DNA of 64,000 nt from a virus. Lineage: Duplodnaviria > Caudoviricetes. The translations under genes and the position numbers were made by a program. The stretch's first letter is position 1. Each line of letters starts with the position of its first letter. Under the pieces are notes generated by a model. The model made no database searches, was not told where the DNA came from, and saw only the letters and a program-made list of their open reading frames with translations. The stretch covers positions 12,373-76,372 of IMG/VR virus record IMGVR_UViG_3300021387_001066; one strand, 5' to 3'. Shown here piece after piece: positions 29,801-38,600 of this stretch.

Positions 29801-31787
29801 AAAGATTGAAGGTAAGGAAACTGCCTATGAAAAAGGCAGGAAAAAGCTCGGTAATGCTTTTAGAAAGGCAACAGGCAGACATGAATCAAGAGCTACAGGT
29901 GCTAAGAACAGAGCCTATGGAAGATACTTGAAATTCCTTGAGAAGCAGGTGTATGGAGTTAGTGCTACTTACTGGGGTATTCCTATTGGTAAAGGTAAAA
30001 GAATCCTTCTCAATAAGGTTATCCAGAATATATCATCACTTGGAGGCTCATTATTCCTTAAGGGTAATTTGCTTGGTGGTGCTGTGAATACTTTTACTGG
30101 TGTGTTCAACATATCTAAAGAGGCGTTAGTTGGAGCTCATTTTAATGCTGAAGATTTAACTTTTGCAAATAGTTACTATTTTAAGCATTTTCCAGAAATG
30201 TGGACATCTGATTTAGGAAGACCTGATAAGCATAATAAGCTTAGCCTGTTTCTTGAACAGATGAATGCTTCCAGTGATAATAGGAATAAGTTCAGGAATT
30301 GGAAGACTTCACGCTCAAGAATAAATAACTTTTATAGAATGCTTGGTTATCTTCCTTATTCTTCAGGTGACCATTACATGCAGGCAATGTCCTATTTGGC
30401 TGTAGCACATGGTACAAACCTGTATGATATAGATGGTAAGAAGAGCAGTAACTTATGGGATGCTTATACCCGTGTGAAGAATGCTGATGAGAAAGGTGTT
30501 CAAAAGGGATACTCGTTGGAATTTTCAAGAGCTATTCCTCTGGATGCAAAGGATATTACTACTGAACTTTTAGATAAGCAAGGAGTATACCTTAAGACAG
30601 CTACAAGGAAAACTGCAGACTTTGAAGACTGGCTTGTAACACAAGATGCAAGGTTTGCTGATGAGGGATATAGAGACAGTCATGTTACTGACTACAATAA
30701 TTATAAGGATAAGTTCAGGTCACTTTCTGATGAAGCCCTCATGAAGTATAGGTCCAGTCAGTATAAGAGCTTGGCAGATATCCTTCAAAAGACAGAGGCT
30801 TACTTAGATTCAGGTGGTCTTCTGACTGCTGTTCCTTCATTCTCACATGAGGAGTTGGCATACCTTGCAAGCAGAGGTGTAGGTACAGGTAACTATGCAG
30901 ACATCCTTCAGACTGTAAGGAATGATATATACAATCTTATATGGACTAAAGCTGATGAGTCTTCTTATATGGATAAATGTCGTGAGACTAATAACAGACT
31001 GCATGGTATCTATAATGAACAGGACAAGACTGCATGGCATCAACAGTGGTATACCAATGCATTCCTTGCTATGAAGGGTTGGGCACTGGGTTATTTGGAG
31101 ATGATGTATTCAAATAATCATTACAGTATAGCACTTGATAGGAATGTAGAAGGTTTTGTAAATACTGCAGCTAAGATTCATGCATCATGGATTAAGGGAA
31201 TGTTTGGTGGAGGAGATGAACTTAGCTTCTGGGATATGCTTATCAGTATGCTTGCTCCTTGGTCTGAGAGGTCTAAGAGAGCAATGCATGATGCAGGATT
31301 CTCTGATGAACAGAATATGAATGCCCGAAGAATGGCAGTATCTGTGTTCTTGATGCTCTTGCTTTATGGACTCAGGCTTGCTACTGCACCTCCAGACAAG
31401 GATGATGATGAAGAGGCTGATGTAGCTACAGGTCTTATACATTACTTTGCTATGAGAACTCTGTATGAACAGGAAGCCTTATTATGGTTGCCAGAAACCT
31501 TTACCCAATCAGGACAGTTACTTGACTTTAAGCCCGTGGGTTTCAGCGCATTATACGATATCGGTAAACTTGCTTATGAAGGAGTAGGAGCAGTAGTTGC
31601 TCCAGAAACTGATAAGGATTTCTATTGGCAGAGAAGTGACAAGAATGGTAGATATGAAGCTGGAGAAACCAAGTTCAGAAGCCATTTAGAAAGGCTTATT
31701 CCTTATTGGAAAAATGTTTGGGCAATCCAGAATCCATATAAGGCTACTGAAAACTATGAGTTTGGAAGGAAATTAACTACGAGGTAA
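26871..31787 (+). CDS. large virion cargo protein with zincin-like (EExxH) domain and C-terminal hydrophobic segment
   Basis: LAEEAGHF...NPAREVAGKL; C-terminal MAVSVFLMLLLYGL; 1638 aa; directly after the RNAP gene. Confidence 0.75.
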   Translation: MSKSCTILAHVRRPNGEVVESRLFNDLLHYTSDNRELTKEYYGVGTSEDFLSQVRDSDEFQVDENGEITLKSLRTLAKLDLDTDKLLQVLNKDIREGEYDYEEAVRKIEDFNNNNEFSDKVIATIFPTASNKYYVTVVPIKKSVINSEGKKEDERVEVNEKKKLHDVVHNKEVEKRIINLLRQHQVSVKFLEGNKEGGRYSTENATRTQDGLYALIELSKGGYTTDVLAEEAGHFAVGALGDNPLVKRLQDLLGDPSVQREALGDEEFENSQLGTNPAREVAGKLVGKALQRKLDNAGMVKTLANRIANFVKRVFYAFSGNEVRWAAAKAEQAANRIAYQFVEGDNSFSVDNAISISEVMNNATLSVNQKVYKDTVDELGRMVKQLEAIAQDQFTGQMQASLAMSVLSGTDENTGVSALQMNKTDLTANSLAFDGIVQALVQVTDYLGPDKEIDQLMKAVDLDNVSDFYANMARNGRYLRQARTFLRSAEIIISTIEAALNSNNLAGSLVLANGSTITDVRYQDENGTWKSINLKNTIPAYKNIIAKAVSELSSLESNYFARFCEDIYGSKYITSTVGKTWQDIWHGQKAFGESTQSIADMVLGVGMEDIDVFHRYLGSMANNPDIIGQIADKLVKTANKTADDLAIKYKDRLLILQERARKLGLNTADLLEKDENGVPTGNMITPPAAPTSEGNREEDAICQAYMSELETDNPNDVPAVQYGRWEKERDEFLKQLWEDFKEENPDWQSMSGFTRGYKWDAYKRPKYKDWNKEHSIKVEVKNPDTNEILYVKWIPNLTYQTDAWDNLRSKYPSKNGDSIDKWMYDYRQIKEELDRMLPVGATNSYRLPQFRGTFMNSVRQSAILEKGPLKKTNAWRKTFGRRVILEMFGVESEETDYGDMTTMNSPEEELLGTKLNYEEERAARIPVFGVNKLKNLLDLDSDIIGSTIAYASMATSYLSLDSVVDGLEVGAEALFNRKIEGKETAYEKGRKKLGNAFRKATGRHESRATGAKNRAYGRYLKFLEKQVYGVSATYWGIPIGKGKRILLNKVIQNISSLGGSLFLKGNLLGGAVNTFTGVFNISKEALVGAHFNAEDLTFANSYYFKHFPEMWTSDLGRPDKHNKLSLFLEQMNASSDNRNKFRNWKTSRSRINNFYRMLGYLPYSSGDHYMQAMSYLAVAHGTNLYDIDGKKSSNLWDAYTRVKNADEKGVQKGYSLEFSRAIPLDAKDITTELLDKQGVYLKTATRKTADFEDWLVTQDARFADEGYRDSHVTDYNNYKDKFRSLSDEALMKYRSSQYKSLADILQKTEAYLDSGGLLTAVPSFSHEELAYLASRGVGTGNYADILQTVRNDIYNLIWTKADESSYMDKCRETNNRLHGIYNEQDKTAWHQQWYTNAFLAMKGWALGYLEMMYSNNHYSIALDRNVEGFVNTAAKIHASWIKGMFGGGDELSFWDMLISMLAPWSERSKRAMHDAGFSDEQNMNARRMAVSVFLMLLLYGLRLATAPPDKDDDEEADVATGLIHYFAMRTLYEQEALLWLPETFTQSGQLLDFKPVGFSALYDIGKLAYEGVGAVVAPETDKDFYWQRSDKNGRYEAGETKFRSHLERLIPYWKNVWAIQNPYKATENYEFGRKLTTR

Positions 31788-31813
31788 CACTTGTATATGT
31801 AATGTTAATTGTT

Positions 31814-31852
31814 GGGGGAGGAGAGAGCTTATCTCTTCTCCCTTTCTTTTTT
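31814..31852 (+). terminator. Rho-independent terminator at the convergence of the two transcription directions
   Basis: GGGAGGAGAGA / TCTCTTCTCCC stem followed by a T-tract. Confidence 0.75.
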
Positions 31853-32598
31853 CAAGTATCTTTAGTGAAATATATACCTATAGCTGCAAGACCTATAACA
31901 ATTAATATACCTACAAAAGCCATACCAGCTCCTACATGTTCTGAAGTATCCATGAGTCCTAAGGCAGATAAAGCTATAGCCATTACTATGAAAGTAGCAC
32001 ACCCTATACCAACCTTAACGCTTGTTTTCATTTGAGTTTTACCCTCATTTTTTGAGTATGGATCATCTACAATGTCTAATTTGTTTATTTCTGCAATACA
32101 GTTTTGAAAGTTATTCCAGTATATTTGAACAGGACGAGTAGAAGGTATTTGAGGAAACCAGTACGGATAATGTTCTATACCAGGAGGAAGAAGGTGCATT
32201 ATCTCATAATCTATGGAAAAGTGATTGTACTTTTTTCTGAAGTTTCCAGAAGGAATTCCATACACATCAAGTATAATAAGATAAAAAGTATTTTCCTCTA
32301 TTATCCATTCATAATGTTGAGGTAGTCCTAGTATCTTCAGTATTTTGTTTAAGGAGTTTTGGGCGTAGTATTTGTTTTCATCCTTATCTACATATAAAGA
32401 GACAATTCCATTCTTACCTGTTATAAGGTCAATACCTTTAGCAGATTCCCAGTCATAGGTTTCAAACTCTTTGTCATAGTCCTGAGCCTTCATGTTTCTC
32501 CAATACAGCCAACTTTTTCTTTCTCTATAGTCTGTATAAGGGCATACCCATACTTTCTTGCTTTTATAAAATTCTGCCCATTCTCTTAAAGTATTCAT
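31852..32598 (-). CDS. stand-alone membrane-anchored protein; N-terminus resembles a degenerate primase-polymerase (Prim-Pol) domain
   Basis: WAEFY..KVWVCP...W...GIDLITGKNGIVSLYVD; two C-terminal hydrophobic helices; has its own promoter. Confidence 0.6.
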   Translation of the reverse strand: MNTLREWAEFYKSKKVWVCPYTDYRERKSWLYWRNMKAQDYDKEFETYDWESAKGIDLITGKNGIVSLYVDKDENKYYAQNSLNKILKILGLPQHYEWIIEENTFYLIILDVYGIPSGNFRKKYNHFSIDYEIMHLLPPGIEHYPYWFPQIPSTRPVQIYWNNFQNCIAEINKLDIVDDPYSKNEGKTQMKTSVKVGIGCATFIVMAIALSALGLMDTSEHVGAGMAFVGILIVIGLAAIGIYFTKDT

Positions 32599-32622
32599 AA
32601 TTGATAATTATTAAGATGTATA

Positions 32623-32630
32623 CAAACATA
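32623..32630 (-). promoter_or_regulatory. Bacteroidota -7 promoter element (TATGTTTG)
   Basis: CAAACATA on the + strand, 25 nt upstream of the 32598 ATG. Confidence 0.65.
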
Positions 32631-32632
32631 CA

Positions 32633-32670
32633 AAAAGTATAGCTAGGAATAGTTACCCAGCTATACTTTT
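32633..32670 (-). terminator. terminator of the 2729-aa gene (potentially bidirectional)
   Basis: AAAAGTATAGCT / AGCTATACTTTT perfect inverted repeat with A/T tracts on both sides. Confidence 0.8.
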
Positions 32671-32695
32671 AACAAAAATTTAACCTTAGAATTAG

Positions 32696-35600
32696 TTATA
32701 ATAGACCTCTACATTTCATTTGCTCTTCTAATAATAACACATCATCTGGGCTACTAAGCATCTCGTTATATTGATCCATATTAGATACGCCCCATTCATT
32801 CTGCAAATATCCCTTAGCTGCATTACTAAGTTTCTCCCATGCAGGAAGAATAGCAGTTTGTCCATTTGGAACAACAAGTGGAGGAGTAGGAATGAAGTCC
32901 TTGAAGTCATCCAAGCCTATACTACCATCATCTACAAATGCAGGAGATATTCTCTTAGAAGTTTCAATCTCTGCAGCCTGTGGTGCAGCAGAATCTCCTG
33001 AAGGTGCTTCAACAGTCAGTGCTGTCATAATATCCTGGTCTTCACTGCTAAGATTATCCCAGCCAATATTAAACGGTGTATAACCTGGTTGGAATTGATT
33101 CTTAAGAGCAGTACCCTTCATCTTAGGATTGGAAGCTGTAAAGCTTGTCAGGTTATTTGACTGAACTATTACATTTGGATTTTTAACTATATACTCATTG
33201 TTATCTGTCTGTAATGTTCCTTTATCTAATACAATTACGTCAGCTTTAGAGTTTTTACCATTCTTGATATAATCTCTAATATCTTTGTAATGTTTAACCT
33301 TAGCGTTAGCTGCAATGTGGTATTGGCTAACTTTTGCATAATCTCCTGTATAATGTCTGTTTAGAGGTCTTCCTTGTGGGTTTTCCTGTGTTGGTGGTTC
33401 TGGAGATTTATCAGTTCTTGCATTTGCATAGTCTTGTGCTTCTTCTTTACTACTTGTGAAATACAAAGCACCTTTAAGTGAATCATCATAATCAACAGCA
33501 GTATGTCCGATTGTTTCTTGTATTGAGGTTGCTTCTCTGTTTTCAGTTAACGCATACCCTCTATACATCACAACAGGCTTACCGTTTTCTTTGTATAATC
33601 CTTTGCTAGTTATCTGAAGCTGCCCATTTGCAGTCTCTGAGTACTCAGGTCCCATTGGATCTAAACCATTGTCTCTACTGCCTCTTGGAGTAGGATAGTC
33701 AACTTCAATAGGAATGATTCTAAGATTCTTAGGGTCAACCTCTACACCATAGGATTGCTTGAGCAAGTCAGCATACATGCTTATCTGTCTTGACCATTTA
33801 GCCTTTTCAGAAGTAAGCTTAGCAGTACTGTGGTCTCGCACAGTCTTCATATCAAAGATATAGAAGTTACCGTCGTCATCATAGCCAAACAAGTCAAGTG
33901 TTCCTGCAACCTTCACATCATGTGTGGTACCATCAGCACCAGTCATAGTAATATTACCATGAGCCATGATACCTTCAGATACTACATGAATACCTCTACT
34001 GTCTAGATCATTCTTAAATAGCTCAAGCTCGTGTACAAAAGCTTGAAGAGCTTCCTTAGTGATATTAGGATAACTATCTTTTATATGACCTGCAAGGAAA
34101 TCTCTTGTAATAACGTCTACAGTATTACCTATAGAAGTTGAAGGAGTACCCCATGCACCATACTTTTCCTGCTTATGTTGAGTCCTAAGTTCTGCAACAG
34201 CTCTTCTGATATCTGCAGTAGAAACCTTTAAATCAGCACTCATTTGGTCAATGCTCTTATATGCAGCCAGCTGTTCAGGAGTGCGGTCTTCAAGATTATG
34301 TTTACCTCTTAGCTTATCGTAGATTTCCTGTGTGCTAGGAGTCCAGATATATTGTTTAACCCTTCTCCTCTTAGCTTCAGCTTCAGTAAGTTCAGGGAGG
34401 CTCTTGTCTGCACCTATCACAGTAGTTACCCTAAGATACTTAGTACGTTCTCCAGTAGTGTTGTCTGTGATGTAATAGTAAGTTTCATCCTCAGACAAGG
34501 TGAACTGCTTGGAGTCTGAGATAATCTTTTGTGTAATTTCCTTAGCTCTCTTCAGCTTGTCACTTTCCTTTCTTTCAGGTTGCTTGGTGTCATCAAGCTT
34601 TGCACCACTGTCAGGGTCTACCTGAGCACCATCCTTTGTAACTACAGCTCCATCACCCTGAGGAGTTACATTTTGAGGAGCAGACGGTTTGGCATTTGAA
34701 GGATTAACAACTGTATCATAAGGATAGACAATTCTTGTATAACCTTGATCATTTACAGCAACAGGTGCCTGTAGCTCTACACCATCTACATCATAGATAA
34801 GAGAACTGCCAGCAATAGTAAGAATACCATCATCTACAATATCAGCATAATTCCTTCTTGCCCTGCCTGCTTTAGTAGTATCAGGATTAAGAAGATTCTG
34901 TACATCTGACTTAGGTGTCTGCCATACCAGGAAACTCCTTATACTGTTAGTCTGAGAATCCCACATGATATTCCTAAGCAATTCCATAGCACCATCTGTA
35001 TCTCTTTGACCTGCGTTGATTTCTCCAAGTGGAATAGGTGCTATTGAAGCAGAATCTGGGTCACTTGCATTGTAGTTACTGTTTACAAAGAATACCTTAT
35101 ACACAGTCTTCGATGAAGCAGCATCATCACCTGCAACTTGTGATGCTTGTGGAGCAGTTACTTGTATACGCCAGTTAGCATCAGTTATATAGATGAAATC
35201 ATTGATACCTCTAAGGCCCTTGGTGTCGTCAGTCTTATTGAAACCATTTAGCATCTTGGTCAATCTTTCAACTTCTTCCTGATAGATATTAGGATTGGCT
35301 TCAAGGTCCTGCCTAGTAATCAACATGGCTTCTCTGTTCTGTTCTTTCTTTAATGGAAGGAACTGGAAGAGAGGTCTGATTACCTCATCATAGAGTCTTT
35401 GTGTTCTGCTATTAAATGAAGCTACCTCTTCACCTGTACCACTTTCCAATACTTCAGGCAATAGTTTACCAGATGTTCTTCCAGTAGTCTTATCCATGTC
35501 TTTCCTGAATACCATCATAGGATTTCCTTTTTCACCAGACCTATGGTTTTCAGGTGTGAACAGTATCCTGTCTTTCATAGGGCCATCCTGTGCATCAGAA

Positions 35601-38600
35601 TATGAAAGGCCATCGAGGAACTTGTTTCTTGCTTCCTGATATACAGGATCTGCAAGCATTTCTTCTCTTGACAATGCTCTTAACCTATCAGCTTCCTGCA
35701 GTCCATAGATAACATTTACATAGTCTGTAACAAGAAGGTCTAATACTTCAGTATTGTTATCCTGTACATTATTCCTGTTTGTTGCAGTAGTAGCATCTCT
35801 ATGATGTGCTTTCAGATAATTTGCTCCATGTACCTTCGTAATCAAAGGACTGCTGTTAGGCATACCATCAACTGTTACTAAATGTCTGCCCTGCAGCTGT
35901 GATGCACGCTTCCTGATTTCCTCAGTCATGAATGCTCCAGGACTGGTATTAGTGTTAGCATCACTGCTTGGCATGATAGCAATTGGTTGATACCATTGTC
36001 CATCAACTTCTATGGCTGTAGTGTTGTTAGGATTCTGAGGAGTCTCAACCTTTATAGCCGCAACTAGTGGCAGATGTTTTTGTGTATTGTATTGTTTACC
36101 ATTAGCTGTACTGCCCATTTGTGTGGTTACTTCTGCAGTCCAATCAGAATCTGTGATAAAGAATACAGGTTCATTTACATCAATGGTATGTTCTTCATGC
36201 CACCCATCTATCCTATGTTCATCGGTAAACTTAACTGCCCAAGCATCAGGATTCTTACTTTGAATATAGGCAATGTTTGCAGATAGTATCCAACCAAGTC
36301 TTTGCTGATAGGTTCTGGTAGAAGGAGCTGGCATTGTCCTCCCCCTTCCCCTTAATTTTTTGGTATTGAGCGAATTGTAAAGTTTCTGAAGAACACCTGC
36401 TGCATCATTGTACTTATTCTTTTGCTCAGCCTGCGTATTACTCTGGCCTTTAAGCCTGTTGATTTGCTCCTGAATAGCAGTAAGAATCTCATCAATATTG
36501 CTATATGTTTCATCTCCATTAGGTATCTCCATGAAATACTGTCTTGCAAGTTCCTTAGCCTCATCACTTACATTACTGTTATTGATAATATCATCAGCAA
36601 CATTGAGTGATTTAGCTATCTCAGAAGTAGTTACCTTTTCAAACGCCTGTTCAATAGCTGTCTTCTCCTCAGGCGCTTCATCCTGCTGTCTTTGTTGCAT
36701 GGACTTAACCTGAGCATCTGTTGCCACTGTACCATCTCCATCAACTATCTGACCTCCATCAGGGGAACTGTAGCCCATATCAAATAAAGAAGGGCCTTGA
36801 GCAGTAGAAGGAAAGGGGGAGGGAGTGGGAGAGGTATTAGCCGTAGAACCATCCTGAGTATCATCAGTTGTAGCAGGAGTTACTTGAGGATTCAAGTTAC
36901 CCTTATTTACAGCATCTTCAGTCTTTCCGTTGATAAGGTCTACATACTGACTTACTACCTGACCAATAGAAGTAAATACAGGCATAGCAGTTCTCTGCTG
37001 AGGAAGCATTGCACTGTTCTTAGCCTCTATCCACTTTCTGAACATTCCACCTTGTACACCCTGTTCATCTCTTTCAATAAGTGCAGATACTGCAGCTTCC
37101 CTGTCAGAGACATCAATACCCTTACTTGCAAGATACTGCATAGCATTTATCAGAAGGCTTTGATCATTCTCAGTAAGGTTAGGATTTTTTGCAAACTGCC
37201 TTATTAAATCAAGTTGCTTTTGATTGTTCTCTACATACCTATCATAGTTAGTCTGTGGAGATTCTGTACCATTAGTTTCCTGATAACGCTTCTTTGCCCT
37301 TTCATTCTCACTCCTTAGGAAGTTATTAATCATATATACTTCACCTTGTGATGCATTGGCTGTAAGCCTGTCTAATTCCTGAGAGTATTGTTCAAAGTCA
37401 TCAATACGTGAGATTCTTTCAGCTCTTCTCTTTATAAGGTCTGTTTCTGCATTATATTTAGCTCTTTGAACATAATTTTGGAAGGCCCTAGGATCACTTA
37501 GGATAGCTTGATATTGAGTATGGTAATCCTTGATACCTTTTTCAAGTCTGCCCATATCAATAACCTTATCAACAAAATTGGCATCTCTTGCAGTACCTTG
37601 CTGTATCAGGTTGTCAATGACAGCCTGTTGCTCTGAAGAATATATAGGTTTTGTATCTTGTATTCCTCTTTCCCTATCCAGTTCTTTCAGCTTTGTAGAC
37701 TTTTGATTCTTGAGTTCAGAGATTTGCTTGTCAATATCCTGTACTTGCTTGTTATGGTGCTTCTTTACCTTTCCATCAGGATTTATCCATTTTGCTCTTT
37801 GAGCTTCAGCCTTATCAATTTTTCGGTTTAGCTCATCAACCTCTACATTAAGCTGGTCTATCTTCTGCCTGTTCTGATGAGTGGCATTGTAGTACTTAGC
37901 TGCACCTTGTGCAAACATTATAGCTCTGGTTATAGGATCCAAATCCATGATGTCTTGCTCATTAAGTACAAGTTGTACAAGGCTACTGTCTACCTTACCA
38001 GTACTCTTACCATTCTCATCCTTTTCATATAAGTCCTTGAATTCTTCAAGCTTACTGTTTACATTCCTCAGTTCAGCCTTACTTGTAACAAGTTCTTCTT
38101 TCTGTTTGTCAGAAGTCTTGTCTGAATCAATGGCTTCAAGCTCAGATACTTTCTTCTCAAGCTTTTCCTTTTGTTCCTGCAATTTGGACTGCTCATGGAT
38201 AGCCTTGGTGATACTTCCGTGTTTAATAATGAGGTTCTTTAATCCATCATTCATAGAAGTACCATTACTGCTTCTTGAAGATTTAATTCCACTCTTTACA
38301 GTATCCAGTTTATCTCTAAGCTGCTCTTCTCTTTCATGGAAGTCCTGTTCCATTACCTTACCGAAGATAAGGCTCTGCTTGGTATCCTCATCTATCCTGC
38401 CAAGCAATCTATCAAGACTTTTGCTTTCAGTTTCAGCAGTAGACATAAGACCTAGCATCCTGTTGGCATTGCTCTGAATCTTCTCTACAATCTCTTCATC
38501 AGACATGCCAAGATAACCATCATCAGTATCCTTTACCTGTTGTATGATATTCTGGGCATCCTGTGAATCAACTGTCATTGATGAAGCTCTCTGAAGGTCC

